DNA from: Omnitrophica WOR_2 bacterium RIFCSPHIGHO2_02_FULL_50_17
GTDB taxonomy: Bacteria > Omnitrophota > Gorgyraeia > Zapsychrales > Zapsychraceae
Length of the DNA stretch: 52,614 nt
Assembly: GCA_001805645.1 (NCBI GenBank)
Contig: MHGQ01000041.1
Location: forward strand, 1-52,614
Reading direction: 5' to 3'
Position numbers and translations under genes: made by a program. The notes under the pieces were generated by a model, which was given only the letters and a program-made list of their open reading frames with translations, was not told where the DNA came from and did not search any database. Of the stretch, positions 9,007 to 17,147 are shown in pieces. Within the stretch, counting starts at the first letter, position 1, and each line of letters starts with the position of its first letter.

Positions 9007-9558
9007 ATGTACATCGGAAAACGACTCAGAGAAATCCGCCAGGCCCAGGGCATGAGCCTCACCACCCTGGCCGAAAAAAGCGGCGTCCAGATCGCGACTT
9101 TAAGCCGGATGGAAAACTTAAAAATGACCGGGACGCTGGAATCACACATGAACATCGCCAAGGCACTGGGAGTGGACGTCACCCAGCTCTACACCGCTAT
9201 TATTAGAGAAGAGAGCAAAGCCGAGGCCGCCACTACGAAGTCCGCTTCGGATGTCTTTATCCACAGCGACAAGTCCTCCTACGAGATCCTCACCTCCAAT
9301 GTCTTGGGCAAGCGCATGATGCCGATTCTTTTAAAGATCGAACCGGACGGCCAAACCAATACCGAGCAAAACCGCCCCGGCTCGGAGAAGTTCATTTTCG
9401 TCCTGGAAGGAAAAATCGAGGCCCGCGTCGGCGATAAGACCTATCCCCTGGCCAAAGCCAACAGCCTGTATTTCGACGCCTCGCTGGAGCACTATTTCGT
9501 GAATACGGGGAAATCTACCGCGCGGATGATCTGCGTGGGGACGCCGGTGGCATTGTAA
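9007..9558 (+). CDS. XRE-family HTH transcriptional regulator with cupin domain
   Basis: IGKRLREIRQAQGMSLTTLAEKSGV...LSRMEN HTH; C-terminal cupin (EKFIFVLEGKI...SLYFDASLEHYFVN); ATG at 9007 after GGGGGAG. Confidence 0.93.
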   Translation: MYIGKRLREIRQAQGMSLTTLAEKSGVQIATLSRMENLKMTGTLESHMNIAKALGVDVTQLYTAIIREESKAEAATTKSASDVFIHSDKSSYEILTSNVLGKRMMPILLKIEPDGQTNTEQNRPGSEKFIFVLEGKIEARVGDKTYPLAKANSLYFDASLEHYFVNTGKSTARMICVGTPVAL

Positions 9559-9560
9559 AA

Positions 9561-9610
9561 GTTGAAAAATGTTACAAGAGGTTGGAAAATGTTGGAAAAA
9601 GTTACAGCAA
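9561..9610. repeat. Decamer array, upstream arm of element B
   Basis: gttgaaaaat gttacaagag gttggaaaat gttggaaaaa gttacagcaa, starting 2 bp after the XRE stop. Confidence 0.85.
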
Positions 9611-10005
9611 TGAATACTCGTCCTTATGAAAAGCTGAAATTCTACAAGGATATATGTGAAATCAGAAGGTTTATTCACAAAATAACAAGCCGTTTTGAGA
9701 AATCACATCTTCGCCTGGTTTCCCAGATGCGAGATGCGGCAAGGTCAGCCAAACAGAATATTAGGGAAGGCTATACCAAAGGCACCTTGGGAGAATTTAA
9801 GCATAGCATTAAGATAAGCCAAGGCTCCCTCGAAGAGCTTTGCGGTGACATGCAAGACTGCCATGATGACCGATTAATATCAAGTGAAGAATTTGAGGCC
9901 TTCAAAACTTTACACAGAAGCGCAAGCTATATGAGCACACGATATTTAAAGGCCATGTCCCAAAAAACGCAAATAAACAACTGGAAAGTCCCGTTCAAGC
10001 AGTAA
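9610..10005 (+). CDS. Four helix bundle protein, copy B (divergent)
   Basis: YEKLKFY...LVSQMRDAARSAKQNIREGY...ISQGSLEEL; start could be 9589. Confidence 0.88.
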   Translation: MNTRPYEKLKFYKDICEIRRFIHKITSRFEKSHLRLVSQMRDAARSAKQNIREGYTKGTLGEFKHSIKISQGSLEELCGDMQDCHDDRLISSEEFEAFKTLHRSASYMSTRYLKAMSQKTQINNWKVPFKQ

Positions 10006-10080
10006 ATGCAACTTATGGCAACCTGTAAAACCTTTAACATCGTTCAACCTATTTCAACCTCTTTAAACCTCTTTCAACCT
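10006..10080. repeat. Decamer array, downstream (inverted) arm of element B
   Basis: ...atcgttcaac ctatttcaac ctctttaaac ctctttcaac ct. Confidence 0.85.
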
Positions 10081-10098
10081 TAAGTCACGGAGGGTATT

Positions 10099-10467
10099 AT
10101 GTCTACACCTAAGATTCTCATCGTCGACGACGAAGAAGGCGTGCGCGAGTCCCTCAAACTCATCCTGGGCGACTATTATGACATCATCCTGACTGACAGC
10201 GGCGAGCAGGCCTTGCGCTGTCTGGAGAAAGACCCCGCAATCGGCCTTGTCCTTTTGGATATCAAAATGCCCAAGGTCAACGGGCTGGAGGTGCTCAAAG
10301 CGGTCAAGGCCAAACGCCATGCCCTCAGCGTGGTTATGGTGACCGGCTACAGATCGGTTGAGACCGCCGCGGAGGCCACGCGCCTGGGTGCCTCGGGGTA
10401 TATCGTAAAGCCCTTTAAGTCGGACGAGATTCTGGCCACCGTCCAGCGCTGCCTTGCTTCAATATAG
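10099..10467 (+). CDS. Single-domain response regulator (REC)
   Basis: ILIVDDE...LVLLDIKMP...MVTG...YIVKPF. Confidence 0.95.
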   Translation: MSTPKILIVDDEEGVRESLKLILGDYYDIILTDSGEQALRCLEKDPAIGLVLLDIKMPKVNGLEVLKAVKAKRHALSVVMVTGYRSVETAAEATRLGASGYIVKPFKSDEILATVQRCLASI

Positions 10468-10501
10468 GGACAACCTTGAAAAGCTATAAAAAACAAAAAA
10501 C

Positions 10502-10615
10502 TGGCGGGAAACCCTGGAGATCATGCGCGATCCGGAGATGATGAAAGGCATCCAGGAAGGCCAGCAGGACATCAAAGCCGACCGGCTGTGTTCGAAAAAA
10601 AAGTGTTTGGAAAAG
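10502..10615 (+). pseudogene. Remnant of Phd/YefM-type antitoxin C-terminus
   Basis: Frame reads WRETLEIMRDPEMMKGIQEGQQDIKADRL then VFG after a shift in an A8 run; no N-terminal domain or toxin. Confidence 0.5.
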
Positions 10616-11976
10616 CACAGAAAAGACCCTAAAGGTCTTGACGCATTGAACAAAGAAAACCTCCTCGCGCTGCTTCCGCGCTGAAGACGGCGGGGGAAAA
10701 ATTTGAAATAATGCGATGCCATACCTAACCCTATTATCCGTATTTGCCCTTTTAACCGCAATAACATGTTTCTTGCTCGGCCTACTCATCGGCATATGCG
10801 GCAAAACCAAATTGCACAGAGTTTGGTCCTTATTTCAATTTTCTGTTGCGGGGTGGGGAGTTCTTGCGTTCTTATAGACTATATCCAAAGACCCAAATAC
10901 TGCTTACGATCTTTGGCGGCTCTCTCATCTCTTTGGAGTTTATATTTCCATATTTTTCTTTCACTCGACGTGTCTTTTCTGCAATTTATCCTATCCAAAA
11001 CTTATTAAAGCATCTTATCTTTATGGTGTGTTAAACAACATAGCGCACACCGCAAATAATGGTCACTTGCTTTTTAAAGAAGAACATGTCAAATATCTTT
11101 TTGATTCCGTATATTATCCTCAAGCCCATGCTTTCAATCTCCTGTTAGCATTAGCACCGTGGATCTTCTTGACAATATTCAGCATGTACCACCTGTATCG
11201 TTATTCAAAAATACACGGAGATAACACGGGCCACCAAGCAAAATTATGGCTTATTATATCAATTTTAGGTTACACGGGTGGTTCCTCAACTTTTTTACCA
11301 ATGCTTGGCATTAACCTTTACCCAAACGCCCTTCTCTTGCTCCCCAGCTACGCGCTTATGCAGACTTATGCTATTTTCAAATACCAATTATTCAACTTAA
11401 GAATTGTTCTAGAAAAAAGCATCATCTATTCTGTGTTGATCGCTATTATATCTATTGCCTATTTAGCCATAGTGCTCACGGCAGAAAAAGTACTGCAAAG
11501 CATACTTGGGTATCAATCTGCTTCCATTAGCCTTTTCGCGGCCTTTGCAATCGGTATCATGGTCATTCCTTTACGCAATAGAATCCAAGCATTATTAGAT
11601 CGGTCTTTGTTTAAAGGAACGCAGCCGGAAATCGCAGCAGAGAATGCATTACTGCGCCAGGAGATCGCGCAGTCGGAAAAGTATAAAACGCTCTCCACGC
11701 TGGCCACGGGCATCGCCCACGAGGTGAAAAATCCGCTCACGGCCATCAAGACATTTTGCGAATACCTGCCCCAGAAGCTCGACGACAAGGAATTTCTCCT
11801 TAAGTTCTCAAGGCTTGTCGGCCGTGAAGTTGACCGCATCGACGGGATGGTCCATGAGCTTCTGGATTACGGGAAACCCGCTCCTCTGTCGCTTAAGGAA
11901 ACAGACATCCAAAGGCTGATCACAGATACGCTGGATATTTTAAGCAATAAATTTCTGGCTCACCATATTACCGTTA

Positions 11977-12011
11977 CCTGCACCCTAGACCCTAAACCCT
12001 GCACCCTAAAA
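11977..12011. repeat. Single-arm heptamer array inside kinase CDS
   Basis: cctgcac cctagac cctaaac cctgcac cctaaaa, translated as CTLDPKPCTLK. Confidence 0.75.
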
Positions 12012-12103
12012 ATAGATCCCACCCGTATCAAACAGGCGCTTCTGAATCTCTTCTTAAACGCCATTGACGCCATGCCGGGGGGAGGGAAATTGACTGTGAC
12101 GAC

Positions 12104-12179
12104 GAGGATTAAAGGAATAAAGGATTATAGGAATAGTGACAACCCCTCTAATCCTCTACCCCTTTATTCCTCTAATCCT
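12104..12179. repeat. Inverted octamer-array hairpin inserted in frame in the HATPase domain
   Basis: aggattaa aggaataa aggattat aggaatag / ccctctaa tcctctac ccctttat tcctctaa tcct; adds RIKGIKDYRNSDNPSNPLPLYSSNP. Confidence 0.85.
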
Positions 12180-12387
12180 GTATTTGAAATCTCCATCCAA
12201 GACACCGGCTGCGGCATCGCCGCCAAAGACCTGCCTCATATCTTCGATCCCTTCTTCACCAAAACCGACCACGGGACGGGCCTGGGGCTGACAATCACCC
12301 GGGGAATCATCGAACAGCACGGCGGGAAGGTGAGTATCCGCAGTCAAGTAGGGGTGGGGACGGAGGTGAGGCTGGAATTCCCGTACA

Positions 12388-12416
12388 GTGACTAGTCGCT
12401 GGTCACTAGGGACTAG
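12388..12416. repeat. Heptamer array, upstream arm of element C
   Basis: gtgacta gtcgctg gtcacta gggacta; contains the kinase stop codon. Confidence 0.8.
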
Positions 12417-12420
12417 AAAA

Positions 12421-12774
12421 ATGGAAATAAAAGATTATAAAGACTTGAAAATCTGGCAAAAAGGAATCGAGCTGGTTAACAAAACTTATTCGATTACCGA
12501 AAAATTCCCTAATAGCGAACTGTATGGTTTAACAAGCCAGATGCGAAGAGCGGCGATTTCGATTCCTTCCAATATCGCTGAAGGATTCGTACGCAAACAT
12601 ACAAAAGAGTACTTCCATTTCTTAACGATATCGTTGGGATCTTGTGCAGAATTGGACACGCAGGTTATTATCGCTGTGGAAAGAAAATATATCAGCAAAG
12701 ACTTATGTGATAATTTTACGAATGAATTATATTACGAAATGCGGATGATAAGCAGCTTACTTAACAAACTATAA
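12421..12774 (+). CDS. Four helix bundle protein, copy C
   Basis: YKDLKIWQKG...FPNSELYGLTSQMRRAAISIPSNIAEG...SLGSCAELDTQ. Confidence 0.93.
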   Translation: MEIKDYKDLKIWQKGIELVNKTYSITEKFPNSELYGLTSQMRRAAISIPSNIAEGFVRKHTKEYFHFLTISLGSCAELDTQVIIAVERKYISKDLCDNFTNELYYEMRMISSLLNKL

Positions 12775-12786
12775 ATATCTTTTTAC

Positions 12787-12814
12787 TAGCGACCAGCCCC
12801 CAGCGACTAGCGAC
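12787..12814. repeat. Heptamer array, downstream (inverted) arm of element C
   Basis: tagcgac cagcccc cagcgac tagcgac. Confidence 0.8.
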
Positions 12815-12817
12815 TGT

Positions 12818-14023
12818 TCAAATCTTCCCCGCCTCATACAGCTCCACCAGGGCATCGACAACGGCCGGATTAAACTGCGTGCCCGTACAGCGCTTAATCT
12901 CAGCCATCGCGGCTTCTTTGCTTAAGCCTTTACGATAGGGACGGTCCGAGGTCATGGCATCAAAGGCGTCGGCAACCGCAATAATGGCCGCCGCCCAAGG
13001 GATATCCTCGCCTTTGAGGCCCTCGGGATAGCCTTTGCCGTCAAAATGCTCATGATGGTATTTGATGCCCTCAAGACATTCCCGCGGTAAGCGAAGGGGG
13101 CCGACCATCTCGCTGCCGCGCACGGTATGCTGTTTCATGACAGCGTATTCCTCGTCGGTCAGTTTACCCTGTTTATTGAGGATGACTTCAGGAATCGCTA
13201 TTTTGCCGATATCGTGCAGAAGAGCGGCGATATAGATACTTTCAAAAAAACTTTCCTCGAACCTCGCCGATCCGCCGGCCCCGCCAACAGCGGGGGTGGC
13301 GGCCATCTGCCGGGCGATCGCCACCGAATATTCCGTGACACGGCCCGTGTGCCCGTGCGTGTAGGCGTCTTTGGCTTCAATCGTCGAGCCTAAGACCTCG
13401 ATTGTCTGCAGGAACAACTGGCGGTTACGCTCCGCCTCGCGCTTTAAACCTTCAAAGAGCTGGGCGTTGCGGATCGCCATCGCCGCGTCCGAGGCGAGCG
13501 CGGCGAAAAAATCCAGCTCCGGCTGTTCAAATTTCGTTCCGTCGTGCTTTTCCCCCAAAAGCAGAATCGCCATCAGCTTATGGCGATAATAGGCCGGCAC
13601 GCAGGCAGCGGTATTGAGCATCTGCATCTGTTCGTCCACCCTGTAAAGAAGCTCTTTGACGGCCTTGCCGTTTCCGTTATGGATGATGCTCTCGCGCCAG
13701 ACGAGGCGGTTGATGTCGTCGGAGACAATCGCGTTGCGGTCTAAAGTCAATGGCCTAAACTCCCTCTGGCTGAAAATTCTAATCAGAGGGCTCTCATGGC
13801 TGAACCGCGTAAAGCCGGGGGGCACTTTCATGCCTATTTCCCCGCGCGAGATATTCAGGACATAAATATCCTTCTTGGGCTCATAAAGGATCATGGCGGC
13901 ATGCTTGATATGGAGCTTGCGGACAATCATGCGGACAATGAGCTTGATCAAGAGCCTCGGGTCATGAATCATGATCATGCCCTTGCTGGCGGTCTCGAGT
14001 TCTTTTTTATAGTCAATCTTCAT
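12818..14023 (-). CDS. GAF + HD-GYP domain cyclic-dinucleotide phosphodiesterase
   Basis: YTHGHTGRV, LLHDIGK, HHEHFDGKGYPEGL, VADAFDAMTSDRPYR; N-terminal GAF. Confidence 0.92.
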   Translation of the reverse strand: MKIDYKKELETASKGMIMIHDPRLLIKLIVRMIVRKLHIKHAAMILYEPKKDIYVLNISRGEIGMKVPPGFTRFSHESPLIRIFSQREFRPLTLDRNAIVSDDINRLVWRESIIHNGNGKAVKELLYRVDEQMQMLNTAACVPAYYRHKLMAILLLGEKHDGTKFEQPELDFFAALASDAAMAIRNAQLFEGLKREAERNRQLFLQTIEVLGSTIEAKDAYTHGHTGRVTEYSVAIARQMAATPAVGGAGGSARFEESFFESIYIAALLHDIGKIAIPEVILNKQGKLTDEEYAVMKQHTVRGSEMVGPLRLPRECLEGIKYHHEHFDGKGYPEGLKGEDIPWAAAIIAVADAFDAMTSDRPYRKGLSKEAAMAEIKRCTGTQFNPAVVDALVELYEAGKI

Positions 14024-14024
14024 T

Positions 14025-14155
14025 GAAAAAGGTTGGAAGACGTTGCAAGAGGTTGGAAAATGTTAGAAGAGGTTACAGTCCTTAACCTGTTCCTAACCTC
14101 TTAACCTTTCGAAACCTTTTCTAACCTCTTGTAACCTTTTCTAACTTTTAACTAA
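14025..14155. repeat. 'Empty' inverted decamer-array hairpin of the same family as element B, with no ORF
   Basis: gttggaagac gttgcaagag gttggaaaat gttagaagag gttacag / ...ctttcgaaac cttttctaac ctcttgtaac cttttctaac; shares caagaggttggaaaatgtt with 9575-9593. Confidence 0.88.
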
Positions 14156-14511
14156 CGCTTTAACTCTGCAAGTACAATCTTCTCCAGCTCCTCCAACACC
14201 AGCGGCTTGTGGATATATCCTCTCACGCCGTAAGCATTAGCCATGTTCATCGTCTCTTCGTCCTCGACGCCGGTCACCATAATGACTTTGGTGTCGCTGC
14301 CCTTGTCGCGAAGCTCTTTAAGGACATCCACACCGTTCATCTGCTCCATGCGCACGTCCAGAAGGACCAGATCCGGCTTTTCCTTGTCGATAATCTCCAG
14401 CGCCTCCTGCCCGCCGCTGGCGGTAAAGACGTCAATCTGACGTTTGGCGAAAAACCGCCGGGCGAACTCCCGGATGTCCATTTCGTCGTCGACAATGAGT
14501 AATTTGGGCAT
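14152..14511 (-). CDS. Single-domain response regulator (REC)
   Basis: MPKLLIVDDE...PDLVLLDVRM...VIMVTG...YIHKPL. Confidence 0.95.
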   Translation of the reverse strand: MPKLLIVDDEMDIREFARRFFAKRQIDVFTASGGQEALEIIDKEKPDLVLLDVRMEQMNGVDVLKELRDKGSDTKVIMVTGVEDEETMNMANAYGVRGYIHKPLVLEELEKIVLAELKR

Positions 14512-14528
14512 GATTGTACTCCCTTTCA

Positions 14529-14561
14529 AGACTATAGACTATAGACGATAGACCATAGACT
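14529..14561. repeat. Heptamer array, downstream arm of element D
   Basis: agactat agactat agacgat agaccat agact. Confidence 0.85.
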
Positions 14562-14566
14562 TGGGT

Positions 14567-14926
14567 TTACAATTCCCGCTTTACGGCTTCAATGAGACCA
14601 AACAAAGTCTTTGCGACCTCTTGCTTTTGTTCCTCGATTCTGCCAAATAATTCGTCTCTCAAATAACCCAATTTATTGGCTAAATGAAGAAGATATTCTG
14701 TTTCAGCGAGCGATGCTCTGGCCACATATAAAAACTGCAAATAATCTTTTTGATGCTGTCTGCTGGCGCCTTCGGCGATATTGGTCGGGACGGACACAAC
14801 TGCCCGGCGAAGCTGAGATGTCAGTCCGTAAAGCTCCTCTTTCGGGAACTGCTGGGTCACTTTGTAAATCTCAACGGCAAAATCATCCGCCAATTGAAAC
14901 GCTTTAATACTCTTGTAATTTCTCAT
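14567..14926 (-). CDS. Four helix bundle protein, copy D
   Basis: MRNYKSIKAFQLA...FPKEELYGLTSQLRRAVVSVPTNIAEG...ARASLAETEYLL. Confidence 0.93.
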   Translation of the reverse strand: MRNYKSIKAFQLADDFAVEIYKVTQQFPKEELYGLTSQLRRAVVSVPTNIAEGASRQHQKDYLQFLYVARASLAETEYLLHLANKLGYLRDELFGRIEEQKQEVAKTLFGLIEAVKREL

Positions 14927-14949
14927 CACTGTCTTCTCTATCAACCACC

Positions 14950-14977
14950 GGTCTATGGTCTATTGTCTATGGTCTAT
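14950..14977. repeat. Heptamer array, upstream (inverted) arm of element D
   Basis: ggtctat ggtctat tgtctat ggtctat; contains the stop codon of the upstream kinase. Confidence 0.85.
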
Positions 14978-17145
14978 GTCGCTATAGGTAAAACCAGCCT
15001 CGTCCGCGAGCCTTCTTTGTATTCCGACGTAAATTCCACCTTCCCCTGGTGGTTTTCCTCAATGATTTTCCTCATCACATACAACCCCAGACCCGTTCCC
15101 TTTTTGCTGGAAAGTTTCGTCGTAAAAAACGGCGTAAAGAGCTTATTAATATCCTGCGGCCTGACGCCGATGCCGTTGTCGCTAAGGAGAATCTCCAGGT
15201 TCTGGCCGTTGGAATGAGCCGTGATTTCCAGCCTTCCTTTGTAACCAGGCTCCTTGAATTCCTCCTGCCTCTCCATCATGGCATCATAGGAGTTGTCGAT
15301 GATATTGAAAAAGACCTCCTGAAGCTGCGTAAAATTTCCGTGAACCGGCGGGACCGCGTGGTCGAAATTCCGGACGATGTCGATGCGGTTGAGTTTAATC
15401 TTAAACTGGACCATCTCCAGCGAGGCATCCAGGAGCTTGTTGAGGTCAACGGCGCCAAAGCCCTCCTCGGGCTTGCGGGAATATTTCAACAGCCCCTCGA
15501 CGATCTCGCCGCCTCGTTTGACGTTGTCCTGAATCCTGTCCAGCGAATGCTCGATTTCTTCCAGAAGTTCGCGCGTCTCCGGCGGCAACGGGTCTTTTTT
15601 TTTGAGCCGGATGGTGTCCACCGCGTCCCCGGCGATAAAGCCCATCGCGTGCAGGCGGTTGTTGATCTGGTGCGAGAGTCCGTCAGCCATGGTCCCGATG
15701 GTGGCCATCTTCTCGGCCTTGATAAGCTGTTCGTGCGTCTTTTTCATCTCCTCGTAAAACTGAGCGTTTTCGATGGCCAATGCCGCCTGATTGGCGAGAA
15801 TGGAGAACACAATCAAGTCATCGTGGCTGTATAACTTCCCGGATTTTTTCTTTCCCAGCGCGATAAAGGCAATCAGACGCTCATCCATGAAGCTCGGGAC
15901 AATCAACGCCGCCTGCAGGTCTTCCATGACCTTTCCAATTTCGGCTAAAGCCTCGTCCTTAAAATCCACACTGCGCTGTTTGACCTCATCGTAAACCAAA
16001 GGCTCGCGGTGTTTCTGCAGATGCTGAATCAAAACGGCGTCGCCGGCAATGACACCACTCCTTCGGTCGCCTCCTATGCCCTTGGAGGCCTTCAAGACGA
16101 ACTGACTGGAAGATTCATGGAAAAGATAAATGATGCTGTGCTCGATTTTGACCGTCCGCGTCACGATATGGACGATCAGATTCAGCAGTTTTCCAAGCTC
16201 CTTGACCCTTCCCATCCCGAGTGATGCCCGGCGCAGGGCCGCCTGATAGCGCCTCTGCTCCTGCAAGAGCCGGTCTTCTGCCTTGCGCTGGATGAACAAA
16301 TAGATTGACGGCCCGACGGTGGCCAGGACAGTCGAGCTGATCAACGGCGCCAGCCACCACATCTCTCCCATTAAACTTTTCAACTGCTCCCGCCAGCCGA
16401 AGGCAAGGACAAAAGGAATGCCAAGAACAAATGAATAAATAACAAAAAAAATACTAGTACGTGTTACCGCGACACTAACATCCATTAACCTATACTTTAT
16501 AATCGCATAAGCAAATATTATAGGTAATTGAACTAAAAAAATAAACCCTAGAGGGAAAAGAGATATTCCATAGTTTGGAATAAAATCCACACTGCCAAAA
16601 GACGCTATAATAGATCCCAAGAGAACATATTTAGTTTTAGATAACTGGATAAGGTTTCTTTCTTTTAGAAGATTCAGGACAAGATCGACAAATCCAGCTG
16701 TAAAAAGTCCGATAAAAAAACATAAAAACAGTGGATGCATTTTTATGTTTGCCTGAGGGTAATAACCCCAAGAATAATGATAAAGATCGGCTATCAATAA
16801 GGGGGTAAAATATAAAAAATAAAGAAAGATTATTCCACCCACCCAGAAAAGACTCTGTAATAATCTAATTCTTTGTTTATTTAAAAATGTAGCTATAAAT
16901 TCGTAGAATGTTACCGGGATGAATATAATCCCTGCAAAACCCATCTTAAAAGCAATTAGCATATGGCTAATATCACTTATTCTGCTCGCCAAAGCATAAC
17001 TTATAAGCCAAATAAAAATAGCTATCGTTAACTTCAGAAATGCCCTATTTATTGATGAATTCTTATTCTTGACAAATGTGAGGATTCCAAATCCCAGAAC
17101 AAAAAAGGCAGCGAACACTCGAAGGGCATAAATAAGAATAGCCAT
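14974..17145 (-). CDS. 7TM-sensor + GAF histidine kinase
   Basis: About 9 hydrophobic N-terminal helices, GAF, LSHQINNRL H-box, NIIDNSYDAM, DNGIG, GTGLGL. Confidence 0.92.
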   Translation of the reverse strand: MAILIYALRVFAAFFVLGFGILTFVKNKNSSINRAFLKLTIAIFIWLISYALASRISDISHMLIAFKMGFAGIIFIPVTFYEFIATFLNKQRIRLLQSLFWVGGIIFLYFLYFTPLLIADLYHYSWGYYPQANIKMHPLFLCFFIGLFTAGFVDLVLNLLKERNLIQLSKTKYVLLGSIIASFGSVDFIPNYGISLFPLGFIFLVQLPIIFAYAIIKYRLMDVSVAVTRTSIFFVIYSFVLGIPFVLAFGWREQLKSLMGEMWWLAPLISSTVLATVGPSIYLFIQRKAEDRLLQEQRRYQAALRRASLGMGRVKELGKLLNLIVHIVTRTVKIEHSIIYLFHESSSQFVLKASKGIGGDRRSGVIAGDAVLIQHLQKHREPLVYDEVKQRSVDFKDEALAEIGKVMEDLQAALIVPSFMDERLIAFIALGKKKSGKLYSHDDLIVFSILANQAALAIENAQFYEEMKKTHEQLIKAEKMATIGTMADGLSHQINNRLHAMGFIAGDAVDTIRLKKKDPLPPETRELLEEIEHSLDRIQDNVKRGGEIVEGLLKYSRKPEEGFGAVDLNKLLDASLEMVQFKIKLNRIDIVRNFDHAVPPVHGNFTQLQEVFFNIIDNSYDAMMERQEEFKEPGYKGRLEITAHSNGQNLEILLSDNGIGVRPQDINKLFTPFFTTKLSSKKGTGLGLYVMRKIIEENHQGKVEFTSEYKEGSRTRLVLPIAT

Positions 17146-17147
17146 GG

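Larger units (their letters stand above)
10716..12395 (+). pseudogene. 7TM-sensor histidine kinase (HisKA_7TM-like + HisKA + HATPase) interrupted by one in-frame TAG at 10875-10877
   Basis: ATG 10716 is in frame with ORF 11028-12395: MPYLTLLSVF...GWGVLAFL*TISKDPNTAYDLWRLSH...; kinase motifs AHEVKNPL, NAIDAM, DTGCGI, GTGLGL intact. Confidence 0.8.

Noticed and set aside
11984-12011. Plant telomere-like CCCTAAA repeat
   Set aside because: Only two exact units within a degenerate bacterial heptamer array; coincidental.
9561-14155. CRISPR array
   Set aside because: Repeats are 7-10 nt degenerate tandem units without spacers, and no cas genes are present.
6197-14944. Diversity-generating retroelement (Avd-like genes)
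   Set aside because: No reverse transcriptase and no TR/VR pair differing at adenines seen in the window.
6197-14944. 23S rRNA intervening sequences
   Set aside because: No rRNA sequence flanks any four-helix gene; all sit between protein-coding genes.
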